DNA from: Lytechinus pictus
Lineage: Eukaryota
Direction: 5' to 3'
Assembly (NCBI RefSeq): GCF_037042905.1
Contig: NC_087252.1
Span: 21,330,001 to 21,394,000, forward strand
DNA: 64,000 nt
Shown here: in pieces, positions 25,084-38,881 of the stretch
How positions within the stretch are numbered: position 1 is the first letter of the stretch
Layout of the letters: each line of letters starts with the position of its first letter
Notes under the pieces: model-generated
Told to the model about the DNA's origin: nothing
What the model saw: only the letters and a program-made list of their open reading frames with translations
Databases searched by the model: none
Made by a program: the position numbers and the translations under genes

Positions 25084-27156
25084 CACAACAAAAAAAGTAA
25101 GTCCCCCCTAAATCAAATTGCTGTAACTTTTGAACGGAATTATTTTGAGATATGATATTTCGTAGGTGGTTTTCTACACTCATTAAGCAACCTCTGGGGA
25201 AAAATGAGATTGATCGGTTGAGTCATGCATGAGTAATTAAAGATTGAATTAAAAATGACCATTTTTGAAAGTCACAAGAGTCGTTTTTCAGATTGTGCAA
25301 ATACAAAGCTGGGCAAAAGTTGCTTTTAGGTGAAATTTATGGTGTTAATGCTGTTTTACTATCCATCATTTAGCCACTCCACACACAATTTTGATATCGT
25401 ATGTTCATGGTTGAGTGAGCACAATAATGCAGGGGCCGCGGGGGGGGGGGGGGGCTCAGCCCCCCACTTTTTTTCCAAAAGCATGTACAAAAATGTAAAA
25501 ATGACCATACGATTGTGATTTTTTGCATGGTCAGCCCCCCCCCCCCCACCCACTTTGAAAACCGTTCCGCGGCCCCTGTATAGTGACGTATCATTAAACT
25601 TTAGGGGTTTATGGTAGTATCCTCTACAACTTGTTAGATCATGTTAAAATTTGAAAATGTTGGTGGCTCCCCCGATTATAGGCCCCTCCCCCATTTTAAA
25701 ATTCTGGATCCACCACTGATTTGTCCATAAATTAAACTGATCATGACAATTTGTAAGAAAAAATACATTTATGCACTATAAAGAGTATTCATTCCTAAGT
25801 TTTCGAATGTGCTCGCTCAACCATGAAAATTTTAAAACTTCGGAAAGTGTGTGGTGATAGAAATGAAAGATGATAAAAACAACATCAATTAAAGTCACAT
25901 TTGAAACAGAATTTGCCCCCAATATTCACTTTATTACCATTTAAAATGGGTCTGTGACATTGAAAATACCCAATTTCCCACTTTGATGTGTGCTCACTCA
26001 TCCATAAATAAACAAATCGATTTCATTTTTGCACAGAATTCTACCCATAGGTTGATAAACATCACTGCCAAATGACATTGCTAAAGACAGTCTTGAAAAA
26101 AAGTTCCACCACATTGAATAGGGGGTTACTTATTCTTAAACATATGCACCCATAATATACACAAGTCTATGAGAGAGGAAGTCAACATTTTAACAAATAT
26201 GAAATGAGGGTTTGTTTCATGGACGGTTTTTGTTACTTCTGCCAACAGTTATTTCATGAAACTTCGCACATTGCTTCAGTGTAACACTATCCAAAATGTG
26301 CGCACACCAAAATAACAATTTGATACGGCACAGAGTTGGGCCAGGGCCTTGAACTTTCTTCTCATTTGCATAATTTTCGAATATTGTGTGCTCACTGATG
26401 CATTAAACATCGGGATTTTCATAAAAATCAAATCAAATGAACCGCGCAAGGAGGTTTGTGACAGATATCCATAGTTACAAATTGCATTTTTTCCAATAAC
26501 GTAAAAAAGAGCTAATCACATTCCACATGTTCATTCAAGCGTGAATGTTTAATTAAACGCCTTTGAATCATTGAAGCATGTTAATTGGTCATGAACATAA
26601 CGAAAAAGTTGGGAAAAGATCATTTTCAGTTACCAAAATGAAACAATACTAGCCTATGATATTTGAAAATCGTATCTTTTGTTTTCAATAAATGTTCATT
26701 GAACCGTGAAACTATGAATATTGTTAAAGATACTCTTCCCAAAAATAACTGTCATCATATTCTATCATTTTTATTGATAGAAATGTGTACAAAATCCAAT
26801 TATAGCAAATTTGCACTTGTGTTCATTCAACCGTGAAATTTAGCCACAAAAGTTGTATTGTCTTTTAGAAAGTACCTTTTACAAGCCTTCTGACTATTTT
26901 TCATGATGAGAATGTGGAATTAGTTCCAATAAAAATGGAATCAAAGTCATGATATTTTGCTTGTGACTTTTGAAAAGTGACATTTTTGCCTTATGACCGT
27001 GCTAACTGAAGCATGACGTAAAATACGTCCATAACATTTACTCAGAGGGTAGCCTATAAAATTACCTACACGCTCATGTAAAAATATATTAAAAACTCGC
27101 ATTGGTTCGGAAATTATTTATGTTTGTTTAAGGGGGGACTTACTTTTTTTGTTGTG
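25084..27156. mobile_element. TA-targeting TIR element (2.07 kb), nested
   Basis: Perfect 26-bp TIR CACAACAAAAAAAGTAAGTCCCCCCT; TA TSD at 25082-25083 and 27157-27158; no transposase ORF. Confidence 0.88.
25430..25578. mobile_element. Small G/C-tract MITE, third nesting level
   Basis: Perfect 12-bp TIR CAGGGGCCGCGG / CCGCGGCCCCTG; TSD unclear. Confidence 0.7.
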
Positions 27157-29952
27157 TATAGTTATGCGAATAAACGTAGACCGTAATCATGAAGAACGCG
27201 TGGAATTTAGCTAGTACAATTGATTTGAAGATATCTTTTTACATTTTTTTAACTTGTTTCCTTGCCCAAAACACTTCGAAGAATGCATTGCGCCCCACCC
27301 CACTCCCCCACACACCGAGGCCATCGTGATGATATTTGCTTTACACTGAGCTGTGATTTACATGAAATGGCTTAGGCTTAATTTTCATTTTGTTAATCAT
27401 TGTCAAGCTTGGAAAAAGTGTGGAGAAACAAGTATAAAATGAAGAATGAAATGTAAACCCACTTTAAATGATAAAAACTTAGTGAAAAAATGCTGGAGAT
27501 GTCTGATATAAACTTTTGTTCAGATTCAGTTATGTCCTCAAATCCAGCTGGCTCAAAAAGGGTAAAGGTTGTGCTTAATAAGTGTTAAAATTTCAATTTG
27601 GGTGGCAAAATTGTTACAAAATGCTTGAATGTATCCTTTTTATTTTAATTGACTAAAAGTGAAAGGGAAATGTTTTGCAGGGTAAATTTGATTTCGCCAT
27701 TTCCCCTTGACACAGCGTGAAAACGAGCATTACTACGCAGATTTCTGCGAGCTTTACAAAAATGGACAGTGCTCACTCAAGTGTAACATTCTGTCAAAAC
27801 TTTTACTTTCATTTGATATATGAGACCCAAACCCAATATTATATGTGAAAAAATTGCCCACATGTTGTATATTTTTTAATTCCCAGAGCTTTTTCAAAGT
27901 TTAAACTTTTTTTTTATACCAACTGTATTTTAATATATATTTCACTTGCAGACAACGTCACTTTCCCTCTGGCAGAGACAATGTCTCCTTAACACGATTC
28001 TTAGTGATTCCGAATGAAACAAATATACCTAAAACAGCGAAGCAGATATTGGAATTATAATTTTAGAAGGAAAAGTTCCCTTTTGCAATTGAATTTGAAA
28101 AAAATATTGGTTTGTATTTGTTTTCGATTTTATTTCTGATTTTAACGTTTGTTACGTCTTTCAATTAAAAGTCTGTTATTCAAGACTAATCTTGGGATAT
28201 ACCGTCGGTTCCATTCGTGCAATGATGACAAAGCGCGCCAAAAATCTGGATTAAATATTCAATGTTTGGATAATTCATTGCACGCCGATTGTAGATTGAC
28301 TTACATTATCCTATCAATCGACTTACAATTAGTCTTAAAATGCAAACATTTTGAGTGATACCATAAATGAAAATGTCTAAATGTGTTCTTCCAAAAACTA
28401 TTAAAAAATATTGGGCAATATTTTACTAAAACGCACGCATCCTGGCTAAGTTTTTGCACAGCATGGGACCTTTTGTTCCTTATATTTTCTTTTACCAATT
28501 TCGATTATGATTTTAACTAGGTTTGGAAACAAGACTTGACAGTGGTGATGACATTTCGATAATTTCCAATGACGGATGACTCGCTTGGTAGGAGCGGGAA
28601 AAGCAACGCATTCTCGAGTAATTATTCATTGAGTTGTGGCCCAATAATTGCGGGAAATCCACATGAATGTAGAGTAGCCCTATCGAATGACGATGATTGA
28701 GAGAGAGGGGATATATGTATAAAGATAACACCCTGAACCCAAGAGGTCAATATTATTCTTATACCCCGCAATCAATCTTGGGTGATGTTTCGGGCTACGT
28801 AGATTCAGGGTGAAGCTTCAAATAATATGCGTATGGGGTCGACTCTTTCCCCACTTTAGTGCTTCTAAAATCAAATATCAAACTTATTCATATGTAAGAT
28901 TATTTTTTCATTAAGTACAAGAATAGATAAATATAAAACATCAAAAACGCCTATAAACAAACGAATAAACAAAACTTTAAAGAGGATTCGGCTATACAAC
29001 GAATAATGAATTGATACAAGAGATCTTATCGTGTTAAAAAGACAACAGAATGACTGGACACAAAATTATTCAGAATTTATAAAACAAAAAACCTAAAAAA
29101 AATAAATGGCTACGCGTAAGAATTATTTTTCAACTTCCGACACCCTTCCTCGTGCACTTCCACCCCCCCCCCCTCTCTCACTATTTCTCTCTCTCAAACA
29201 CATCCACACACCCACCCCTTCACACAGACCCCAACGCATTCACAAACATTCCCCAATAAACTTTTATCTCATCATCCCTTTCAATTATACCCCCCCCCCA
29301 CCTTCCCATCGCTTCTCCATGACAAGTCGATGATGCCAAAGTCAAGCTCCCGGTTACCCCCATTTCCAAGCCTTTCGGGGATATTTACTCATCCCGGTCC
29401 CCGATGATTGGTACCAAAGCGCATCAGGGGTACAATATCCTGAACTCCTCCCCTGTCATTCGACCCTCTTATCATTTTCATCAACATATATCATCATCAA
29501 CATTATTTGTTTGATATCGATAACTAGTTTCTTATAACTGGAGGTCTCATTTTTGAGTTTGTTAAAAATCACTGCTTTGGGAACAAGCTGTAATGATTCT
29601 TATTCAAGAGTTGGTTTATATGTTAACAAAGTGCCACCAAACTGCCATAAAATCAGGTCGGGTTCCCCCGTATCTATTTCAACCGGCCGCTTACTCATCA
29701 AGGTCGCAAGGGGTTATGAACAAATAGGACGCATTAACTCCATCCATCGATGCCTCCCCCCCCCCCCATGAGCCCGCCAACGTCAGATATATTATGGAGA
29801 AAAATTGTTGTTGAAATGTTTTATACAACGTTGTTTAGTATAGGAACCTTACATTATGTCGTTTAAACACATGAAACAAGCGTTTAACCCTATAACAAAA
29901 TTAATCTTTAATATTTAATTCTCATTAAAGGAAGCATGATTTTTTTTAACTG

Positions 29953-30193
29953 CACTGTAAAAACTTCGGTGTTGATTTAACACCAGCCCGGAATCTATAT
30001 ATGTCCACACCAGAGAAGTATTGAAACAACACCAGTTCGGAATCAAACCGATGCTGTTTTAATACTAATTGGTGATTTGTAAACACCTATCTGCGTTAGA
30101 CCAAAACGAAACTGGTGTTGTTTAACACTTCTCTGGTGTGGACATATATAGATTCCGGGCTGGTGTTAAATCAACATCGAAGTTTTTACAGTG
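29953..30193. mobile_element. Fold-back CACTG MITE with 2-bp TSD
   Basis: ~85-bp near-perfect inverted arms starting CACTGTAAAAACTTCG; TG on both sides; related fragment near 16110-16170. Confidence 0.9.
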
Positions 30194-31189
30194 TGTTAAA
30201 CTTAAAGGTTAATATAGTAAACAGCGTTGTAATAAAAATTGATCAGTGATTTTATTGTAAAGATATCTCTACCTGATGAAATTGTGGAAATACTGATTTT
30301 TTTTTTCTTGATAGAGATAGTCAATAATTTTATCTTTATTTTCGGCGCATATGTACTATTGTAATTTATAGCTGAGCTGAAGTGAAATGAATTAATAAAA
30401 AGGTGTTTTTCAGATAACAAAACGCATTTGAAAATTATGTAATGCGACGTAGCTTTAAATGTACGTTACAAAATGCCCGGCCTCTTCTCAATTATTTCTT
30501 CATTTTATTCATCTAGTATGTGCAACTATTTCATAAAGTAAAACGGTGTTTTAAAAGGAGAGGAATTACGTCTTGCATCTACCAATCATACTGTGAACTC
30601 GCGTGACTTACTTGTCTAGATTTATACTGATGCTGATGGAGAAGGAGGATATTCGCTCGATAAGAAACGCGGAACGTGTAAAATGTGTTATGATCGGGAT
30701 CTCAAACATGAATCCATAAGATAAGGTGATTGACATAATCTTGTCAATCGCGGGGACTGGTATCGAGCAGCAACAATTTGAATACCCGGTCATTGCCACG
30801 CGCGTACATACCCATAGCATAGGCCCCGCGTAAACCCTTTCTTCCAGAAATACGATACCACTCCCAACCCCACCCATCACTTTGGGAGCATTGTCCGATA
30901 TCTTTATGCTTGCACCGCTCTTTGAGGGGTTACGTTTTACACCTTACATAGTGTATGTACATGAAGAGAATGTGAAAAGGTTTGAGTTTGATTAGCTGGG
31001 AGGGGGAGTGAACAACCAAATAAGCAAATATACCCTTTGTGTTGATATGAAGTAGCATGCACAACCGAGAAGGAAAGGGACTATATGTAAGGATAAAAAA
31101 GGATAGGATATGAGGAGAAAGGGAGAGTTTGAAAGAGAGAAGAAAGAATTTTTGTACTGCTATGTGGACGATTTTCCTTTTCCTCTTCA

Positions 31190-31645
31190 AGCTCATCTCC
31201 ACCATCATCATCAGCTTTACTGCTATGACCACCATCATCATCATAACCACCATCTTCATCATCATGACCATTACCACCACCACCACCATCATCATCATCA
31301 TAACCACCATCTTCATCATCATGACGATCACCACCACCACCACCATCATCATCATCATAACCACCATCTTCATCAACATCATCATCATTGATGTTATCAT
31401 CACCCCCCACCACCACCACCACCACCATACACTACCGTCGTCGTCATCATCATCATTATCCTGCTGTTACCATTATCATCATCGTCATCTTCTCTGCTAT
31501 TACTACCTCCACAACCATCTTTTTCATCATCACCATTCTTGCTATTACCTCCACCACCATCAGCACAAACATCAACATCATCATCACCATCATCATTCTT
31601 GCTATCACCTCCACCACCACCACCGCTATGAACACCCGTCTTCAT
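31190..31645. repeat. (CAT/CAC)n trinucleotide low-complexity repeat
   Basis: Degenerate CAT/CAC triplets with ~60-bp higher-order duplications; source of the His/Met/Thr-rich spurious ORFs. Confidence 0.92.
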
Positions 31646-32316
31646 GATTGCCAGACATCAGCGTAACCACGGTAACCGTGAATCATTCTCGCATCATTGA
31701 ATAAATCACTGGCTTTTCTTACAAACATCTTAACTCGAGTAGACGCTCTCAGTCACGCACGGCTTAACATGGAGCTTTCACACCTTCCCGTTAGTTAAAC
31801 ATTTATAATTTGTTTCTTTGTGTGTGTGTATTTTGTATTTTATTTGTTTTTTTTTCTAAAATTCCATTTACCCTTGTCTTCTGCATATTCTTCTGATCGT
31901 ATTTTCGTTTCAGTTTTACAACTAAAAGGGCCTTTCCTGTGACATTAAAACTGAAATATTTATATAAATATTATTCACCCATTAGCTTTTTTTAATTTCT
32001 AATATTTGAATTCAAAGTGGTGTGTATCGGCAATCCTAATATGATCAATATACAGACGTAAATGATTATACCCCCCAAAAAATAATAAAATGGAATATCT
32101 TATTAAGAAAACCTTATCCTATATCCTCCTTTATCAGGTGTGAGAAAAAGATCACAATTATTACATATCTGTGCCTGAATGATAACGTGATCGTATTTTT
32201 ATTGTTTTTATTTGTTGTTGTTCATTTGCTTGTTTGTTTGTTCTATTTTCTTCCGCATTCAAATTCATACACAACCTCATAAACTATAGTACGTAAAACA
32301 AAAGTAAAATGCAATT

Positions 32317-32385
32317 GCTAGGATTTGAACCCACGACCCTCCGTTTAAAAGGCGAGAGTTAGAACCACTAGACCACGATGCGCCC
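32317..32385 (-). mobile_element. Isolated tRNA-like SINE head
   Basis: A-box TGGTCTAGTGG and B-box GGTTCAAATCC with the same spacing as the other SINE heads; no full acceptor stem. Confidence 0.6.
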
Positions 32386-34619
32386 AACTGATCTGGATTA
32401 ATTTCAAATCATCAAAATTTAGATTTAAAGTGTACGTTGGTGTGAACACGCCCTTTGTAGATAAGTCTCCTTTACACCCACAATCTACGCTCATCTTGTC
32501 ACGAAAGGAGAGAGCAAGACACAAAGAGAAAAAAAAATTAAATGATACCTGGACGTGTCAAGACCTTTCAAATCTCTTCATTCACAATACCAATGTCCCT
32601 GGGGCCTTCGCCCCCCCCCCCCCATCCTATGAAAATTGTGAGGAATAGCAAAGAAATGCGAGAGATCGGGATGAAAATAGAGGAATATATTATTAGCAGT
32701 TGGTAAAGAATGAGCATATTTTGCCCAGGGGAAATATTATGAGGAAAGGATGGTTGACACAACGCATGTAGTCCCTGGCGCCGGAAATTTTTAGCGCTTA
32801 ACACGCATTAGCAACCGAGGACTTACACACGTACTCTGCAATTAATCCGAGGACGTTGAACCGACAACGTACAGCGAGACAACGCCGTCCTCGGGTTACT
32901 AACAGGATAGGGGGCAGTTGCCCCGAGAGATACTGAAAACCTAATTACATTTAATTTTAACTCGATTCTTCATTAGTGTGTACTAAGTCCTTTAACTTCA
33001 CTTTAAAAAATGCAAGAGCGCCCCAAAACAAGCACGGTTGCTACCCCCCCCCCTTCGCTTCCGGGTTTCTTCCCAAGAAAAAAAAAACCCTGCATATCAG
33101 ATGTCCTCCCTTACTAAGTAACTATTCATACGATCATTGTTTGAGAAAGTTGTTACACAATGGTCCTCGGTTGTATAGTAACAATAAAAAAAAAACATTC
33201 TCGATTTCCAGCATAAACGTGCATCGGCCCCACGTGTGATTTACTTGTTTCAGTTTGAATTTTGTTGGTTTAGGGAGACACCCGTCTTGTATATAGATTC
33301 ATGGTAAATACCCAACGTATAGCTCTCTTTTTTGGCCAGGCAATTTTTTTTGTAATGTGTTATTTTGTAACTTATAAGCATGTGTTTAATATCTATAATC
33401 ACATTGATAGGGGGGTATGGAAATCGTCAAGTTATCAAGCTATATATGGCTGAATACCATCATCAACACCTGGCTTTATCAGTTTGAAAATATTTTTACA
33501 GCACAGAAAGTTTCACGACCAAGATAAAAGAAAAAAAGAGGAGAGAAGGATTTTTTTTCCATTTTAAAAAGGTCAAAAATTTTCTCTCGTTTCGCAACTT
33601 TTTTTTTTAATGATTTTTTTTCCTTTCAGCCATCTTTTCCCCCACTCAACATTTTCGACTCATCACGCTATTTATATACGATAAAGTCTTAAAGATTGCG
33701 GAATATGTGTACCATTAATTCATTAAAAACCGTTACGAATCAACATGTATATCAATTCCAGAATTTTATATCGCCTTGCCCCATTAAAGACCATGTCAAT
33801 CAAATGTACTTATTTTTGGCACTTTCAGAAATTGCTTGTGAGAGTGGGACACTAATGTCCTTTCAAACTGATTTCCTCATAAACCTCAACTCTCATCAAA
33901 GCAATATTAATATTCACCATCGTTTACCTGATTTTTAATCAGACGAAATCTTTGGGGAAAATGAGGAGAATGTTTAAAAAAAGCATCGAAAATGCGCAAT
34001 AATTAGAATCTAAATTTGCAATTAAGATTGGCTGTGGTTTAATTTTACATTTCTTTATTAATATATTTAGAGCCATTTCATACTGGAGAATGGAAGGTAA
34101 TTGAAAAATTGCAAAGCATTGAGGAGAGTGGTGGATGAGTAGATGACCACTTTTGCGGTTTATGAAACGTGTAGATAGCATCGCAATGCGTCTTATAAAG
34201 TGATTACAATCTCTCATGTAAAATACATTTAACATTCTACAGTCGAATGAGTGACAAGATTGAGAGTACTAGAAAAGGGAGAAGAAAAAGGAGACAAGAA
34301 GATTGTGAAGGAATGAGGGACATGAGAATGGTTATTATGACAGAGTGATAAAGTTAATGATGTCAAAGACTGAATTACAGTTTTAGACTTGAAAATACGA
34401 AATATTCCTCTGAATTGGTTGATGAATACTTCATTAATGAAGTGAGCGAAAATGTTGGATGATTTTTTTTTCCTTTGCGAAATGAGAGAGCGGGAGAAGC
34501 TGTTGTATATGGTAAGCATTTTGAGTTCAATGCAATATTGTTCGGAGACAATTTCTTAACTGGATCGAAACATTTAACTTCAGTGATTGGTCGATTAATC
34601 AATAAAGTAATCAAGTTTC

Positions 34620-35000
34620 TAATTAATTGACTAGATTAAAATAATTCAAGAAACTAGACTAAAATAATTAAAGAAATTAATTTAATTTAATGGTTGCTAT
34701 CCTGCTTGCATAAGCGATTTGGTTGATTGACTGGTTAATAGATAAATTAATTGTTTGTTTGATTGATTGATTGATTTGATTGACTGGTTGATTGGTTTAT
34801 TGGTTGAATCAATTAATTGTACAATTATTTGGTTTGTTTATTTTCGGGTTGGTTAGTTGATCGATTGCTCGCGTGTTAAGGTGGTTTATTGGTTGTTTTG
34901 CTTGTTGTTCGATTGGTTGATTAATTGTTCAATTAATTGATACATGTAGGTTGATTGAATATTAATTTATTTTATTGATTAATTGAATATTTGATTACAT
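34620..35000. repeat. Degenerate (TTGA/TTGG/TTAA)n tetranucleotide tract
   Basis: Repeated TTGATTGA / TTGGTTGA units. Confidence 0.75.
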
Positions 35001-37057
35001 TAATTATTTATTTTCTCGTTAAAAATGCTAAATCAATGTCTAACACTAATTTTTAATGCATGTCTGACAACCGTCGATTTTGTCAAATGCCGTCATGTTC
35101 AAAGAAGGGAGAATATTTTCCTTTGCAATGAAGAGAAGCAACTCGACAATAGCGCTTCAAACCAACTTTAATCCACATCTGGAAAAAAAATGTTCATAGA
35201 AGCCAAATTTATTCTCAGCAGCAAATGTTCTGTTCAATCAAATCATAATTCATTACTTTGGAGGGGAGGGAATGCTAACTACTGATAATTGCTTATGGGT
35301 GCGCTAGCCCCCATGAGCCCCCCCCCCCCCCAGCCACCTGTGTCTTGTGGTTTATTACCCCTATCTTCAACCCTGCTCCTAACCAGGGTTTACCCCTTCA
35401 CGCCTCCATTGGTCACCCGTTGCATTACGACATGAAAAATAATCCGGCAAATACCAAAAACAAATGCTTGGGCATGTACCGTTATACTCCGGGGAAGGCT
35501 GTTGGGTGACTAAAATTTCCTCTAAATGTATTTCGGAATCAATAATTGGAAAATGGAATGGAAATTTCTTTTTACTTTCTTCGCAATCCGTGGTAGCTAT
35601 TCCGAATCCCAGAAGGTTACGCACCGCATACCGCAGAAACAAACGTCTTTAGAACAAAGGACGGAGGATTTATTGGTATGACTAATGAATTGTTCGATCA
35701 ATCGATTGCATTTTAAAAGGCAATCGATCGAAGCTCTCCGCTGTCCGACTTACGTGCATTTGATTTAAATTGTCTTTAGATTACAAAATGGTATTGGTAA
35801 TACTCATAGAAGCAATTCTAGTGAAAAGCAGAAATAATGCGATAAAATAAAAATCATTTGCAGAAGTGTGAGGTTTTGATGACAGTATTTACCAATTACA
35901 TTCTTGTATTATTGTTCCTATTTTTGAAAGTAATATTAGATTGAAAAAATGCAAGTGAAGGGATAGTGTCAAAACATATAATATATTTGTTATGTATATT
36001 ATATATAGATGATATATATAATATATATATGATATATATATATTTCTCTTTAGTTCTACACAAAAACTGAAATCAAACATGTATCAAATGTATCGATGAT
36101 AAACATTATCATGTCGATATTTTATCATTTTATTTTTGACAATTCTTGTTCTTTTTAAGCCTAATATTTGTTACTTTGTTCATATGTTTTAATACAAATC
36201 GTGTTACCAGTTATCTGTATGTCATAATTTCATGGAGTTATATTTTTTGTGCTTGTACAATTTTGTAAACCTAGTCATGAAAAATAAATCTAAATCTAAC
36301 AATATAAAACAAAACATTATCATACAATGTCAGCCATTAATAATTTCCAATATGATTTATTACACAAGCATATGCCAGGAATACCCAGTAAATTGATCTC
36401 TCTCAAGAACCAGAACACCTCCAATAAATATACGTTTATCTTAAGTAGACATCATCATTATTTTAAAACATTTTTTTCTTATTTGTCACTCTCTACCCTG
36501 GTACAACACGCGAGTATCTAGGCATTTTCAGGAGTGGTATAGTAAGACAAGAAACTTGAAGGGACTCGGGTTTGAATCAGCTTCATTTATTTCATGAAAA
36601 TTAGCAAACGATCTAAACCGGAGCAAGCAAACAATTGGTGACTGTGCTTTTTCATTGATTGTCATAGAATGGCATGTGAGAAAAAAAATCACAATAAGAT
36701 ATTTTTATAATTTAGTCTATATTTTGAGTAATTAATGCAGATATTTCTTCATTTACATTCTTATCATTTATTGAATTATTATTCATTCATGTATATATTC
36801 ATTATTTTTTTATTTGTTTGTATTCATTTACTGGGGCTCAATTCCCCAACTGATTTCAATACACGAGAATTAACAGCTGGGGTTACGCTAATTTTAAGTT
36901 TCAGGAATGAAGTTTAGATACTGATTGATTGATACGTGCTTAACATCCAATTAGCCGTACCATAATGCTACCCCCCCCCCATACAAACACCCATACACAC
37001 CTACACATCCTTTCGTATACCCATGTGAAACGCTAATTGATGCTCGGACACGCTTAA

Positions 37058-37169
37058 AGCTCCAGTCACACTTGCCAAACCGACTCCAGACCGACAGGGG
37101 TTGTAACGTTATTCCCAATAACAGACCTTCGCTCGGTTTGGAATCGGTTTCGCTGTTGTGACCGAGGCC
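37058..37169. mobile_element. Short hairpin MITE (sister copy at 46436-46551)
   Basis: CAGTCACA...AAACCGACTCCAGACCGA / TCGGTTTGGAATCGGTTT...TGTGACC inverted arms. Confidence 0.6.
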
Positions 37170-37734
37170 CAACCCCTGGGAAGCGAGGGAAGGTCACGCC
37201 GAGTCTAAGTTTCCCTACAAATGTATTTCCAAATCGATCGACGGAAAGACCAGAAGTAGCTTCTTTTCCTTCATGCCCCTTAAATTCCCGCCCTTTTTAT
37301 CTTCTTGACTTTGTCGCCCCTTACCAATCGGTTTCCCATGACTTGACCTTGATCCGGGTCTCGAATTTGGAGGTTCTTCCTTTTATTTCTCTTCATTAGC
37401 CAAAGTGAGGGCAAGAAGCTCATCGCAAGTTGAAGATCAATTTTTGGATGCGCTTGAAAATCGCAAGAGAATCTCTATCCTCCCTCTGTGTCTCCATCTC
37501 GTTCTCTTTCCAACCTGTCTCTCCCCTACATCTTTCCCAGAACTCCGCATATTCATTTGCTGTCCTTTTCGACTCCCTCCCTCTGTCTCTCTCTCTCTCT
37601 CTACTCGCATTCTTGTTTATTTCTTACCATTCCATTTCTATTTAATAACGTTTTGAACTCGTTTTCAGCTGCTTTTTTTTTCTTTGCATTGTTTCATGCA
37701 CTTTGTACACTATTGAGGAATAAAATATTCTTCT

Positions 37735-38057
37735 CCACCACCTCCTCCTCCTCCTCATCATCATCATCGCTACCATCATTATTATCATAATCACCATCTT
37801 CATCATCATCACCATCATCATCATCATCGCTTCCACCACCACCACCACCACAATCATCATCATCATCGCTACCACCACCACAACTATCATCATCACCATC
37901 ATCATCAGCACCATCATTATTATCGTCATCATCATCATCATCACCATCATCACCATCATTATCATCATCATCATCACCATTATCATCATCATCGCTACCA
38001 CCATCACAACCATCATCACCATCAGCACCCACCATCATCATCATCATCATCATTATT

Positions 38058-38089
<32 letters not shown>

Positions 38090-38255
38090 CATTATTATCG
38101 TCATCATCACCATCATCATCAGCAGCACCATCATTATCATCATCATCATCACCATCAATATCATCATCATTATCATCATCTTTGTCGTCATCAACTTCAC
38201 CATCATGATCTTCATTATCATCATCTTCATCATCAGCAACTTCATCATCTTCATG
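37735..38255. repeat. (CAT)n trinucleotide repeat
   Basis: Long degenerate CAT/CAC/TAT array. Confidence 0.92.
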
Positions 38256-38293
38256 TTAAACATCGGCGGAATCATCCTTACCATTTAGCTTAA

Positions 38294-38881
38294 AGGAGAA
38301 TGAAACTCTTGGAGCAAGTTAGCTTTTGTGAAAGCAGAAAAATCAAAGAATAAGATCAACAAAAGTTTGAGTAAAATAGGACTAGCAATAGAAGAGTTAT
38401 GAGCATTTGAATGTCGAGGTCACTAATGCTATGGAGATCCTCCCATTGGCAATGCGACCAAGATCTATGATGTCACAGATGAACAACTCTCCCCTTTTGG
38501 ACACTGAAAATATACCCCAAAACATCTCTTTTTGCTCATTCTTATCATATGACAAACGATTCATCAATGATTATAATGTTGTGAAACCTCTGTACTTGTC
38601 CTCTCATAAAGAGAACAACACATCATCTTGTGATAGACTCTATACAAGTGAGAATATAAGTGAAATAAGTACTAAAGTAATGAGGGAGTTGTACGTGTGT
38701 GACATCACAGATCTTGGTCGCATTGCCAATGGGAGGATCTACATGGCATTAGTGATCTCAATATTCAAATGCTCATAACTTTCTTATTATTCATTCAATC
38801 TTCCTCAAAGTTTCAACAATATGTTTCTTTGATTATTCTCTTTGATATGGATTCAGCTGGTTTTAAGGGTTTCATTCTCCT
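38294..38881. mobile_element. Kolobok-like MITE (TTAA TSD)
   Basis: TTAA|AGGAGAATGAAAC ... GTTTCATTCTCCT|TTAA; internal ~43-bp inverted repeat (AGATCCTCCCATTGGCAATGCGACCAAGATCT...). Confidence 0.88.

Larger units (their letters stand above)
24870..27925. mobile_element. Tc1/mariner-like non-autonomous element (outer host of a nested stack)
   Basis: Imperfect TIRs TAGTGCGTATCAAACAAAAAAATTACACTTAGAAAAA / TTTTTCAAAGTTTAAACTTTTTTTTTATACCAACTG, with TA flanks. Confidence 0.6.

Noticed and set aside
30930..31666. His-, Met-, Thr- and Asp/Gly-rich ORFs of 80-170 aa
   Set aside because: They are alternative frames of a (CAT/CAC)n microsatellite, with no splice or domain support.
32317..32385. Functional tRNA gene
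   Set aside because: A and B boxes are present but the acceptor stem does not close; it matches the SINE heads at 785-933, 47092 and 48386.
37642..38284. 196-aa and 128-aa Met/Asp-rich ORFs
   Set aside because: Translation of a (CAT)n repeat. The same applies to the ORFs at 52.0-53.0 kb and 61.1-61.6 kb.
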